This document shows, one piece after another, positions 47,301 to 60,800 of a stretch of 64,000 nucleotides of DNA. Every line of letters starts with the position of its first letter. Position 1 is the stretch's first letter. The translations under genes and the position numbers were made by a program. The notes under the pieces are model-generated. The model saw only the letters and a list, made by a program, of their open reading frames with translations. It ran no database searches and had not been told where the DNA came from. The DNA comes from Raillietiella orientalis (taxonomy: Eukaryota). The DNA lies in NCBI GenBank assembly GCA_036172245.1, contig JAYWIR010000003.1:1736001-1800000 (forward strand). The letters are read 5' to 3'.

Positions 47301-50300
47301 TCCTTCCAGACGTGAACCGCACGCTCATCTTCGCCCTGACCGTGACGTCCCACGCCGTCGCTGGGAACCCCGCGGACGTGTCGAGACACGTCGACAGCAC
47401 GGTGAGCCTCCAGGGCGGGGACAGTGCCTCCAGCAGCTTGCTCTCTTCCTTCTTTATCCATTTCCTGGGGTCTTCCAGTTGGAGAAAATCATTGCGGTAT
47501 ACGACCCGGACGTACGGATCGAGTCAGTGCAAGGCTCGCCTCAGGGCGACCAGGCCTCTTTGCGCTTTTACATCTTCTCCACGCAGTTCAAACTCTCGAG
47601 TATCCTGCAGACCATCGTACTCAGCGCGTGCATCAGCCATCCCCTCGTCCAGGGAGACCGCTGCTACCTCTACGACTACGACCAGCCCGAGCAACGGTTC
47701 CACGAGCTTAGCGACGTCCACGTCAGGGGTAAGTGGTCTTCCCTTCACAGTGTGGCCTCCGTGCTGCGCCTTGCTCCCCTTTTCTCGACCCCAAAAGACT
47801 CCCTTATCCCCTCTTCACCTATAGGCGTTTACTCTTCCTCGCTCCTCTGAGAACTCATTCCTTTGCATGAGGAGGAGGAGGAGGACGGCCGTGGAGGCAG
47901 TGCAGGCATCTCTCTCCCCCTCTCTTTCCAAGTCCCCTAAGGCTCTATCTGTGGGCCTCGATGGACAAGGGACCAAGCATCCTCTGGTCCCTTGTCTGGA
48001 TCCTTGTCCTATCACTGGGTACCGAGAAAGGGAGAGAGGAATGGCCGCTTCCACCCTGTTCGCGGCTCTTTGCTGAAGTCCAACTTCAGGACGCGCCACC
48101 GCGCGCTCGCATCCTTGCCCAAGGGGGAAGAGGTGGCACGGAGAAGGCAAATTGCTGCATTGCTGCAAATCCTGCATTTCTCGAGACCGCTACTTCCTGG
48201 GCGACGTGGCTGCCTCCAGAGAGATGCACTCGCTCTGGTCCTTTTCATCACCAGCATTCGCGTCCCACGGGAAGTCAGCATGCTGCAGGGGAACCCCGCC
48301 GCTCCAGCCGAACTTCCATTCTCTTCTTCCTTCTTCTTCTTCCCTCACCTATTCTTGCTTTTGTCATTATTCCCATCTCTCCTTCCGTCCCCTCCCCCTT
48401 TTCATCGTTCTTTCTCCTTTCCCTCTTCTTTCTTCCTCCCCCCTCCTCCTCCTCCTCTTCTGCAGCTCTTCCGGCTCTTCTTCGTTGCCCTCCTTCTTCC
48501 TTCCTTTCCTCACCATTCCTTCTCTTTTCCCTTTTCTTGCTCCTCCTCTTCTTCTTTCTTCTCTCATTCCTTCTCCTCACCTGCCTCTTCTTCCTTTGAC
48601 TTCCTCGCCTCCCTCTCCCCCTTTTCCTCTCCTCCTCAGGATACCTGGGAAAGAAAGGGTTCTATCTTCTCAGACGTCGACGCCTGCCAGGAGTTTCCGG
48701 AGGAGACGCGCTGCATCCGCAAGGTCCACGACTGCGTCTCCGACAAGCAGCACTCCGGCCTGTACCGCTGCAAGTGCTCTGAGCACCTCTACGAGGTCGA
48801 GAGCACCATCGGACCACCGCACTGTGCTGGTAAGACCTTCGAGCGTCTCCGTGAACGCACGCGAAGGGTTCGTCCCACTCTGACCTCTCCCTTGCTCCAC
48901 ACCCTCCGTCCTTCCTTGGAGTTTACCGGAAAGAGGGGATGGGATCTGCAGGGGAAAAGGGAAACGGATTCTCGCCAGCGTCCCCTCGTCATCCGCCGCA
49001 GATATCGACGAGTGCCGCCTGGACCCCTCCTGGTGCAAAGACACCAACGCAACCTGCATCAACCGGTTCGGGGAGCTGCCCCTCTGCCAGTGCGTGAAGG
49101 GGTACTTCAAGGACGAAGGCGACGGCAAGTGCAGACTCTACTGCGACCTGTCGCAGACGCCACCCTGCCTCAACGGCGGGAAGTGCGTCGATGGAAACTT
49201 CACTTGCACGTGAGTACGCGGCTGCGCGCCTTCTTTCACGCGCGCGCGCGCTCAAAGACGGCCTCCGGGTCACTAGGTCGCGTTCCTTTCCGCTTCCCTT
49301 CCTGCCGCTCGCGGTCCTCTACTAGCCGGGTGTGGGTCGCCGCCCGTTCGGGACAAGACGAAACCAAACAACCAGCCTGTAGGAGAAAGGACGTGCACGG
49401 TCGGGCGAAGGAGGGGATGGCTATAGCGTCGCGGCTGCGTGTGGCCGTAGGGCGTTTCCCCTTCGTGCCATGTAGCACACCGTTGAGTGGGAAGGATCCG
49501 GACTGAACCAGTTGGACCAAAGCTCACCATCGAAAGAGGAAAGAGGATTAGGGGAAGGGGCGCCATCGCTCTCACACACACACTCGAGACACCTCCCTTG
49601 GCCCCTCCTGGCTCGCTCACCACTTCCCGTGAGGAAGGCCGGGATCGGGAAGGCGATGGTCAGTTAGACACCAGTGTTGACTCTTGGAGGAACTCCTGGA
49701 GATACACGCAGGGGCTGCTATTCCGACCTTTGTCTTCCTCGCTCCACGTTGGGACGCGAAGTCAATCCCTGCTTCCTTGGCTCGGTCTCCAGGGAAGGCG
49801 GTTCCCCTAGGACGCCGCAATGCACCTGCGAAGCGACGGATGGCGCTGAATTTAGCCTGACATTCGAAATTTGGCACCGCCTGCTGTACAATTAAAGACA
49901 GCGACGGTTACGCAAAGCAGAAGATGCCGCGGAGTTTGCTTCACCCGACGCGTCATCGGGATCCAACGGGATAACGCACGCGGAGGTAGCATCAGCAACC
50001 CGCAAAGTGTGGGAAGTGCAGTGGCACTTGGGACTTTCGGCGGTTCCTGTCTGGAAGACGTCCACGAGTTTGAAACCGGCCGCTGGCCTTGCTGTCAGAC
50101 AACTCTCCTCCCCTCTCTCCGTCTCTCCCCCCCTCTGCTCGAGGGACAAAAACAGCCGGATAAAGAGCGCGCTTCCAACCTTCCATCTGCTTCGGAGAGG
50201 GGTAGTAACCTCGAGGAACGTTGGACAAAAACCGTACGGGGCATTCCTATCGGCGAATTGGGCAGTTCCGACTTTTCGAGAGCGTCACTCGAAAACGGAG

Positions 50301-53300
50301 AACCCAACTTCCATGTGTTGCAGATGAGAGGTGTGTGGGAGGAGGATAATCCTGGCCGTTGCTCCGCTTCGCGTTTCATTTCCAGCCTGCCGTTCCAAAA
50401 GTTTCCTCTATCCCATTGGAAGGACGCTCCCCTGGGAGATTCACAAGCAGAATAAACTCTCAATCATCCTCACGATTGAACATCGCAACGCGTTTTCCCT
50501 GTCCTCTCGGCTAGAATTACACACATCCTTTTCCGTGCTGACCACCCTATAGTCAGGCTTCATCCCTCAATCCTCTGGGTGGCCAGACTCGGTCGGCTGC
50601 AGCGGATCCCGTGACCTCTTGCTCACATTAAGTCGGAGGGCGCCAAAGGGGCACTGCAATTGTGCTGACGAAATCTCCGAATCTCACCCTCTCTACACTC
50701 CTGCGCTGCTTTGTCGTCTTCAGCGCTGCTCGACTTCGTCCGGAAAAAAAAAGAAAAAGAAAAAACCACGAAAAGAACAGCAGTGCTTTCAGCTGACTCG
50801 GTGGTGATGGTGGTGCCATCTCGTAATCGACGTGCGCAACATTCCTGGACGACCCTTCGCCGGGTGGATGCCCTCTAGGTGGATTAAAAAAAACAAACAA
50901 GCAAACGCCAAGGGGAGATCTCCAGAAACTTTCAGGCGGCGGATGGTAAAATTCAGAAAATCGGACCATCTCGAAGACCCAGAGAGACCACGAGGAGAAG
51001 CACAGAGGCTGCAGCAGGGAGATGGGATGGACTTGTGAAGTGTTGTTGGTTTTCTCGACTCGAAACTTGCCGAACCGCTCGCACAGCAGCCGACCGAAGG
51101 ATCCAGGATCGAGTGGTTCGTGCAGAGCAGGGCGGGGCGGAGAAGCCACAGGTGCAGCGCTCCGTATCGCTCCACAATCCGAATCCCGTGTGATGTACAT
51201 CCCTTGCATCTGAACCGCGGTTGCACGGTCTGAGTTGCGTCTGCTTGAATTCAACGTGCGATTTCTCGTGTGCATGGAGGCGCATCGAGACGGTTCCCTC
51301 CGTTTCGTTGGTGGACGCACACGGATGCGCATTGTTGCGACGTGCATTGTTGCACTCGCGTCAGCGAGGCCGCAACAATGCGCGTAGCATGGCAACGTTC
51401 ATCGGAACGTTAGGGAACGCAGGCGATCCCACTGATTTGCGAGGGAGCTGTCGTCTCCGGAGCAACCGCCGACCCAACTCACTTTGTGGGACAGAGCTTC
51501 GTGCCGCTGGCACCCAGCGCGTTGATTGCACGGCGTACCCACGATGATTTCTGCCGATCTTCGGGTGACCGCTTGCTTTAGCGAGCCCGCGTTCCTTCCT
51601 CTTGTGACTCGCTGGCTTCGAAGGCGCTCTTTCTATCACCCCAACAAAGTCACTCTGAACAAATTGACGGCGTCCACTAGTATTTTTGCTCAGACACCTC
51701 GCACAATCTGGATGCCCACCCTTGAGACAGGGAAGGCAAGAGCAACAGCAAGGAAAGGAAAACGATCCCATAAAAAAAAGAGGGATGCGATCACGCTTGG
51801 ACAGAGGAGAAAGTGAAATTGTTGAGTGCAGACAGCTGTATCGCTAACAGGCAGCATAAATGGTTACGTACTTATCGCCCAGGAAGACTTACCGGTGATA
51901 GTTCTAAAACGATAACAGGGAAACGGGAGCTGAAAAAACATGCGCAAAGCATATTGGAAGTTCGAGGTGGCTTCCCTGATTGCATCGAAAGGAGGTTCTG
52001 AGATAGAACAAAAAAAAAAAACATAAAGTACTGGAAGCACTGATCGGAATTTGTGTTTGATTCTATTCCATCTTCCCACTCTGCGGTACGGGTCCATGTT
52101 AGAATGAAAACCAAGGAAAAACTGTCGGCGTTAATGTGCGTACGACGCTTGCCAGCGTCGTAGGTTCAAGTTTAGGGTTCCCTTTTCATAGGCTGGGTCC
52201 TAATTATGACGATCGTTTGGGTGAGACGATGAGTGGATTCCACCATCCCTCTCCCTCATCTGAAGGGTCACCCTTCAGATGCACAGCTACCCCGTCGTGT
52301 GTCTGAGTGCTCGCACCCTTCTACGTAACTCTATTAACTTGAGAGTTACTTTCAAAGAGGCCGAAAGACATCGCTGGTGGGTGAGATGGGAGGAACGTCT
52401 AAACCGATAAGCACCAGAAGCTCCCTCGATCTGTTCCCCGAACATTCGAAAGGGCGGAACGCCTATTGACAGCGTGTGCTTCTTTCCGAAAAAATCGCCT
52501 GCAAGGCGCTCGTGTCGCTGGGTGAGATGACAGACCAGAAGAAAAAGTCGATAAGCTTATGAACGAATGCCTTAATTACCACTTAAATACTTTATTATCT
52601 GCTACGAAAACGAATGGGAAGCATCCGTTCCCTCTGCCTTGCAGAAGGAGCGAGAAAGAATCTCAAGATCTCTGCCAGAGACCTTATGCTTTCTTCCTTT
52701 TCGTTTCAGCTGCGGCAAGAAGTGGTCGGGAAGGTTTTGTGAGGAGGCAAATCCGTTAATAGCCCTGAGAGGTATGTCAACGGCTTTTTCTTTCCTTTTT
52801 TTTTTTTTTTTTGTCCTTCACGACTTTTTCATGTTTAGGTGAAGCGGTTGATCTCCGTATAGCAACAGGATGTTTGGGGGCCGCATTCGTCCTTTGCATT
52901 GTGGGTATTCTCTGCCTGATTAATCGGTAAGGCATCGTCGGAAACACCTTTCTTTCTTTTGCCATCGTGTTCGGCGAACCTCGACGCTTTGTCGAGTCGG
53001 TCTTTGTTTGTTTCAAACCTTTGTCGAATGGCCACGAGACGGAATTTCGATTCTCCACCATCACCGGCGCGGTTCAGGGCTTTGGCGTTTCGTGCCACGG
53101 TAGGTCCGTTTGGTTTCGTGCCGCTCAGCTTCTGTATTCCGAGGATATCCTAAAGTGGAAGCAACGGTTCCATGTTGACAGGCTCCACGCTTTTTGTTTT
53201 TTTTTTTGATTCCTCCGAAGTGCCTTGTGTTCACCACCCAACACCAAAAGCCCATGCGAAATCTTTTGAAAACTGTGCAGAAGAAGAAGAAGAAGCATCC

Positions 53301-54936
53301 CTCAAAAGAAATCAAGGGCAAATTTTAAATGCACAGAATTCGCTGGATCACCTGGGGGATCCGCAGACGTGTGAAACTCAGGTCCACGCCTCCTGTAGGT
53401 TTTTCCTATGGTCAGCTGATGAAACAACACTTCATAGCATTTCCGTGGAGGCCTTCGGAAGACCAACACGTAGAAGGACGCTGTCTCTGTTGGTTAGAAA
53501 TTAACTCACGCAAGGTGAAACATCTGTAGCACTGCTTCCACTACCAAAAGATAATGCCGGAGTCGATTTGGGTGGTGCATTTATGAACACACTGCTGTGC
53601 AATGCCTTCAGAAGGTCACCCGATACGAATCTTTACCTGGAGAAGAACAACACACGACGTACATTCCACATGGAAGCACAAACGGTGCTGTTGGCCTTTC
53701 GTTGTTTCTTGCGTCCTTTTACAAAAAAGGAACCGCATGCATGGAGGGAATGGGGAAATATTTAAATGAAAATGGGTAAATGTGTACCGCGTTACATTGA
53801 TAACCCCTTGAGGGATCTCTGCGAACATGAGCATCTGGAAGAAGGCCTTGGGGAAAACCTCATTGATGTCTAGCGCATAGGAAGGATATAAGAACGATCA
53901 ACTGTGAGGATGACAGAGGCTTAGAGTAGTAATAATAATGATAATGAGAGAAGAAACGAGGCAAATGCAACGTATGTTAGAGGAGGCCATGCAATGGCGG
54001 GAAACAAACAGGGTGGAGTGCGCAAGACGTCGAGGAGCTTTTCCCATTTCTGATGATGGAATCCTCAGTGCTTTTAAAGCGCAGTTGACTACAGTATAGT
54101 TGCTAGATTCTACCTTTGCCTACATTTTCTTAGCATTCTATTGATTCAGTTCGAGTTATGTGGCTCCTCTGCATCTCTTAGGCATGGAAGAACCAACGGC
54201 CGCGGTGTGGTCTCTAATAGTCACCAAGTGCATTCACATGTAGAGAGAAATTGCTTGCTCATTTCTTGAGCGATTTCGCTACTGCCTTGAACGTTAAACT
54301 TTTGTTTTTTTTTGTTTTTTTGTTTTTTTTTTAAAAAAAAAAAAACAAAAAACAAAAACGGCTTGATTGATCTTTATCTAATCTTATTTTTGTGTTTTCC
54401 AGGTCGAAAAAGTCTGCAAATTACAAGTGAGTTCGTTTCTCCTGTCGTTTTTTCTCTCTTCTGCTTTCTGCTCTGTGAAAGTTCCATTTTGCCATGTTGA
54501 TTTCCAGCCTTAGGTGCACCAGTTACCAGCGCCACGATCCATTCGACAATTTTGTTGAACTTGCAAACTCGTGGGAAAGAAACGGGAAAGTAAGGACTTT
54601 CAATTTTTGATGAACCGAATGATAGCGCAGCACGAACGGGGAAAAAAAGCTCCATACTTTCTCGAATAACGGTTTCGCCTCTTCCATCCAAGACGGTATC
54701 GCGTTCGCTGTAAATTTTGAAAGCACATTTGGAAATTTTGAACGAAATTTGGACAGTTGTGATAAACATGAACGAAAAAACAAAAAAGCGTACCGGAGCT
54801 CGAAAAGAGGCTCCGCTTCAAGTAGGTTGAAGCCAAGAGAGCTTGGCGGCAGCTGATGTTCGAGTCGGGAAAATCTTCGACTACGTATTTGCGTTCTTAT
54901 AGGGATGGTATGCAAGCAGCCACATACGTGTGCTGA
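38398..54936 (+). CDS. Multi-EGF, mucin-stalk, SEA-like type-I transmembrane protein (about 825 aa recovered; 5' exon/signal peptide not located)
   Basis: 17 exons with consistent phases: 38398-38640, 39416-39547, 39922-40224 (S/T/P-rich), 40376-40600, 40678-40797, 40886-40999, 41069-41230, 43840-43962 (DIDECKNQ..CINLEGSFQC, Ca-binding EGF), 47078-47218, 47310-47401, 47479-47728 (non-EGF, SEA-like), 48674-48829, 49002-49209 (DIDEC..; CLNGGKC), 52710-52771 (CGKKWSGRFCEE), 52839-52926 (TM: IATGCLGAAFVLCIVGILCLIN), 54403-54426 and 54903-54936 (KDGMQAATYVC*). EGF exons are phase 1-1 with strong GC3 bias and polypyrimidine/AG acceptors. Confidence 0.85.
48320..48640. repeat. Long polypyrimidine low-complexity tract within an intron of the EGF gene
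   Basis: Almost exclusively C/T; ends just upstream of the 48674 acceptor. Confidence 0.85.
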
Positions 54937-55976
54937 ATTACGGCCGTCTCGAGGCGTATGTTCCTCTTAGAACCACCACGTGAGGCCTTCCGGAGCCGTT
55001 CATCGCTACATGCGCTGAAGCAATTCATCGCTGCTGGGAATTCTCGGAGAAGATCTGGGAGGATAAACAGCCTCCTCCGCCGCCGCCTGCAGTTCGAGAA
55101 CCACGTGTGCGCCCGCCAACACCCGAGTTCGCTTTCCGAGCGTTTCCAGCGCGCTCCACGACACCGAGCTGAACACCGCGGTGCTGCCACAAGCTGTCGA
55201 CCGGAAACCACACCGCACGCAGGCGGGGATCCCAGCGGCATCTTTCTTGCGGCCGCTACGCCACCTGCGTCCACCACCACCACCACCACACCTCCGAATC
55301 CCCGATCCCATGTCGCAGGTCGGTATGGGTGGAGCTAGTCTGTAAGACACAAAAGGACGGTGGCGAAACCGGCTCACGCGGTCACCTCGTTGGACTTGTT
55401 GGGCGGGAGGTCGCGGACTGTGGAAGCTGCGCGGAGGTCTCACCGGTTGCGCAGGCCTGCGAGCTGCGCGGCCTCGAAAAGAGCCGTATTTCTGCGCGCA
55501 AGTTCTCCTGCGTGTTCGAACCGCGCGCAAGCAGTACGTCGCCCCGAGGCGGAGTGAACCCTTTCGGAGTCCGGTCCGCGCCCGTCAGCCCTGCCGACCC
55601 ATTCCTTTCGAAGGAACCACCGCGAGAAGGAATTCCCCCTTTCCTGGCGGGATGCGGGCTTGGGGAGGGAAGGAATACCGCAGCCGGGCCGCGATTCGAA
55701 CGGGCAATCCCGGCAGGGGCTTGATCGTCGGGGAAGAGCCCTCACGATAGGGGCCAAAGCAAGGCCAACCTTTCGCAGGTTTCCAACGGCGAGGCTTACC
55801 CGGAGGTCCAGAGCTTCCCTCCCCGAACCTAAAAACAAAACAAGACGGAAAAAAAAAAAAAGAAAAATTCATACTCCCATCTTTCCAGACATGTTCCGAA
55901 CCCAACCTACTTTTTGCGTCTCGTCCTGCCGAATTCCCTCCCTTTTTTCCCCTCTTTTTTGGCGCTTCCTCGGCTT

Positions 55977-56007
<31 letters not shown>

Positions 56008-56173
56008 CGACGACGACGACGACGACGACGACACCGGTCGCGGGAAGTTTTTTTCACTCGGCCGAAAGAAAACGACGACGAGAGAGAGTCAGAGCATCGG
56101 AATTTCGGAATCCTCGCTCTCTCCCCGCAGCAGCCTCCCGCGGGTGTGCTGCTGCTGCTGCTGCTGCTGCTGC
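55977..56173. repeat. (GCAC)n-(GAC)n and (CTG)n microsatellites
   Basis: Directly visible at about 55977-56030 and 56148-56173. Confidence 0.9.
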
Positions 56174-57851
56174 TCCGCGCGTCGGCCGGATGGCTTCCTG
56201 TTTACAAGGATGCTTTGGTTTTCGTTTGTAGCCGTACTTGCATTTGGTCTCCTCCCCCCCCCCTCCCCCCCCACTCCACCATCTCCAGATTTTCCCTCTC
56301 CTTTCCATTTTGATTGCGGTTGCACCATCCCTCCACCAGGCCTTCACCAATTGGGGCGCGCAGGCGTTCATAATTGCTCGTGCACTTGGGCCGCGCAGCA
56401 ATTCCCTTTGACCAGTTGTCGTGCCATTCTGTTGATTTATGTATTTATGCTCATCACATTGATGCACTCTTCCGACTGATTCGGCGAAATCAATGTTTTT
56501 TTCTCCTTTCCTTCCTTTGTTCTCTTTGCGAGATAAAGGAGCTGTGTTGGCTGCATCCAATTATATGCGTGGAGGAGGGAGAGAGAGGGGGGGGAGGGAG
56601 GTACAAGCTTGCGCAGTGTCCTCCTCCCCCCCCCCCAAGTGTTTATGTATACTCGTGCGCGTACGGACTCACGAAAGATTTTGAAATCGGAGCTCAATGA
56701 TGGCGTGATGTTTCAGCTTGAACTTGTGGCACGGTTCAAACAACCGGGAATTACCACCACTTAGTCATGACACTACGTGCCCGGGTGCGCATTCGCTATT
56801 CCAAACCCGGAATACACCTATTTGGGTACACGCGAAATACAATACCGAAAGCACGCTCCACGCAGTTTACCGTTTCGTGATGCTCGCCCCGTTCTTTTAC
56901 CAAAACAAAAACAAACCATCGCCGTGACGCTCTGCAGGGATCAGGCCGATTCCCACCACGAATTCGGGGTCATCCGGCTGCCCCGAGGTACTGACACCTT
57001 TCGTGTCACCACTGATAACCCACTTCAATTTGGGATGCCTTAAGATCATCCCAAACTTGAGAAGGCCACGATCCTTTAAAGTTTAAAGGAGGCCCTTTAA
57101 AAGGGCTGAAAGTTTCCTCGTTGCTAAGTCACATGCAAACACACTTTGCAAAGGTGTGTTACTGGCTGCGTTTAAATGAATGAGTAAAAATTTCGAGACA
57201 ATGATACTTTGACTGTCTGCAGAATGCTGTAAACTCTACAACTTCTCTATTGGGTTTTCTGTATTCGCGTAAAAGTTTGTGGCATATTTGAAAATGACCG
57301 TGAAAATTGCACTATTTTTCCTCCATGCTTTGCTTTCATTAACACATATGCTAAGGAAAACTGATTTTAATAAGTCTTCTGATCCAAAGTATAAGCTTTT
57401 GATATTATTACTTTTTTGATGAAACTCAAAAAATGAGGCAAACCTTGAACGAAAAGTTAAGCACTTGCTAGGAAATTAATAGAAGTAATCTTAGAATGCA
57501 AAAGTGAAAAAGCATTAATTTGTCATTAGTAAGTTATACTTTAACAGGAACTGGTTTAAACACAAATAACAATCATTAGTCTATTAACTATATACATAAA
57601 TGAACATGTTTTCTCCATAAAGGATTTCAAAATGATTCCAGTCTCATACGTAGTAAATGAACTGTGTTAAATCTCAATAGCAATGCTATCAAGATATGTC
57701 AATGGAAAACTGATGTCGTTCATACTTTAACCCAAAATATACTTCCCAGGATCCTTCCATCAAGCCAGCACCATGAGGGAAACACAGATGTGCTGAATCT
57801 AATAAATCTGTCCACTTAGATTTCCCAGTTTATACACAGGTCACAGATTTA

Positions 57852-60800
57852 TTATTCTGGTTTATGACACACAAAGAAAGCACTATGGTATACATAATGC
57901 AACATGCTTCGTTGATTCTGAGAATACAGAGTTGCCATGTCCAGATTCTCCTTCTGTAACATATTTTCCACTTTAGAACACAATAACATCCTCATCTCTT
58001 TACCTCCATAACAAAGCCCAGCTGACAAATTATTTCCCTGAGCATGTCATAGCTTGGCTCAATGCTATTTTCATTGGGCATATCAGCAAAATGATACAGC
58101 AGAGGTCCTAGGTTGACCCAAATGCCTCCAGGTTTAAGGATGCGCCATATCGTTTCTAAAAATTCCAGCACGTTGTTGGCACAATCCAAAAAGAAGCACG
58201 TTGCTACACAGTCCCAACATTCTGAATCTTGGTACACTTGCAAGAAGTCACCAGCAGCCATAGAAAACTGTGCTCCAGGAGGTAGTTCAGAGGTATTTAC
58301 ATCAGGGAACTGTACATAAGCCAGCTGATCAGCTGCATGCAAGTTATTGAGAAATTGGCTTATCCAAGGATAAAGACGATAGGTTTCCACACCCTGACTC
58401 CTAATGAAAGCCTACTTTCCAAAAAAAATAAATCGTCAACGTCACCTGTTGAGTACAAAATTAGATACAAACAACATAAAGAGACTAAATTCATTTCCTT
58501 GGCATGTGTAACCACGTCTGGCTATTTCAAATGCCAGTCTTCCTAAACCTGCTCCTGGAACTAGTATCTGCACATCTCTTGGATTCCTAATATTGACACC
58601 ATGGTTTTAACCAGTTATATTTCACTTAAAACTTGCTTTTGGCTAGGTGGAAAATGCTCCTCAATTTCTGCCAAGATTGGGCCATAGCAGTACTTCCTCT
58701 CTTCTTCTCCTTCATGAGTCCAATCTCTTACTATTTGCTTCAAAGTTTGATGAACTTTCTCCATATCACTTAAAGTTGGAGCCTATGTGAATATTGGTGC
58801 ATGTATCCCCTCATTATTCAACATTGATGTACTTTGCCTGCTCCTTCCAAGCTGTAACTTATATTTTCATAAAGATTATTTACATCGTGAGTTATCAATT
58901 TGATAATCTCATAGTTATGCTGGATGCACACTTTCAGTTCATTTAAGTGGTTTTTGTACGGCTGCAATAGCTCCTGATGGCGAGCAGGAAGAGTTTGCAA
59001 ATAAGATTCAGTACGCTGAATTCGCTGGAGAGAAAAATGTCTAGAAAAATGCAAATGGTTAAAATTATTATAGAATGCAAATGTATCTTTGATTCCTTTA
59101 ATTACAAAAAAGTGCAAAAGGGCATAATATACCAAACATGTAGCCCCAATAAAAATATTTATTACACAAACACAGCAAACATCTCTATTCTGTGTCATTT
59201 AGGGGTTCAAATACAATTATAAACCAAACTGGCCAGAGTATATCAACAGTGTGCAAATAGATGTATATAGTAAGTTACCCCTGTAACGCATAATACAGAA
59301 TACTAAGAAAAATGCTGAAATCCTTAAAAGAGTATGCACAGGTTATGCTTTTAAGCCCTAAATTTACAGTGCGGAGAAAAAGGAAACAAAGAAAAAAACG
59401 CATGGCAAAATGAAAAAATAGAGATTATTAATAACCTGAACTCAAACAAATTTGAAATAGACTTTAAGTTTCTTTTGGTTTTCATGTAATAAAGGAATAT
59501 TACATGTAACAGTTACATTGCCACATCTTCAAGACAAAAACAGAAACACATATGTATATGCCTTGCATTTTGCCCTCAATCTATGTATTGAGTTTCATAA
59601 ACTTTCGTCTCAAATAAAATTCATATAGGGTTCGGATTCCGTAAATCTGTTACAATTGGCATTAGGTTATCAACAGTGACACACTCAATCAAGGAGGAAT
59701 AATTCTAGAATGTAATTAAACAAGAAACTGACGAAAAATACTTTTCTAAAACTTGCCTGCTTTTAACTATCAAACAGGAGGGAAGGTACAACGATCAATT
59801 TGTGTCCGGTTTCCATGCTTTAGGATTCTATTGTGCCTTTCTTTAGCACTTGCGACATTAGGACTATACTCTTTTGCACAATTTTTATAAGCATACTTAA
59901 TCAAACTCATTTCATTATAAGTACCTGAAGCAAATAATTCTAAAGCTGTGACATAACAGAAAAAACTAGCAATCTTTACAAAAGAAGCATACAAAAAAGC
60001 AGACAAATACTGTTTTTAGAAGCAGTCATAAAAGTATGTATAAATTAATTATAATTCACCAGAATGGGGTATGAGTAATATTGTTGGGTAACAATACAAT
60101 CCCTTGTGGCAAATAAGTAATAGGAAAGCATTCAATTCATTCATCAAACATGGAAAATCCTTGAAACCTGGGAAACTACTGACTGTTCTCTTTATTTATT
60201 TAAATTCGTGTTTCCGATCCCTTATTCTTCTGTTTTTTTCTTAAACTTATTTATTTGGCAAATGATGAGAAAGAAAGGAAAGCACAACATGCTTCAACTT
60301 CTTTCTCTCTGGCTGACTGTTGGAAATAAAATACTGATCATCCCGGTTAAGTTTTTGAATATCATTTGGACCCAAGTTTCTTGATTTCGGCAAAATCGGT
60401 TCAGTTCGTGAAATTATGAGGAAAAAAAATTGCGTGCAACAATAAAAAGGTTTATTGATGATGCAACAGTTTTGCTAAACGACTTTTCTTGGATTCATAA
60501 CCTGACTGTGGGGTCTGAATGTGCCTACACTCACGAGAGTAGCTAATGTTCGTACTGCTAACAGAATTTAGCCATAATACAGTGCCCATTAAGGAATATG
60601 CATTTCACACACTTCATATGCATTGCAGGAATATCTTCACTTTGACACAACATTTTTAATGTACGACTGAATCTCCTAATCATCAAAGCACTTATTTCCA
60701 AATGCTGTTTCACTTCCTCAAAGTTTAGACATTCGGCAAGTGAACAATCAACATGAATTTACAATCGAAAAACACCTTACTGTGTGATTAGTTTAGCTTT

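Noticed and set aside
47992..49506. 504-aa ORF in the ORF track
   Set aside because: It runs through a stop-poor polypyrimidine intron; only 48674-48829 is in the true frame.
49811..49895. Possible exon TPQCTCEATDG after exon 49002-49209
   Set aside because: It does not complete the EGF cysteine pattern and leads to a stop; exon 52710-52771 completes it correctly.
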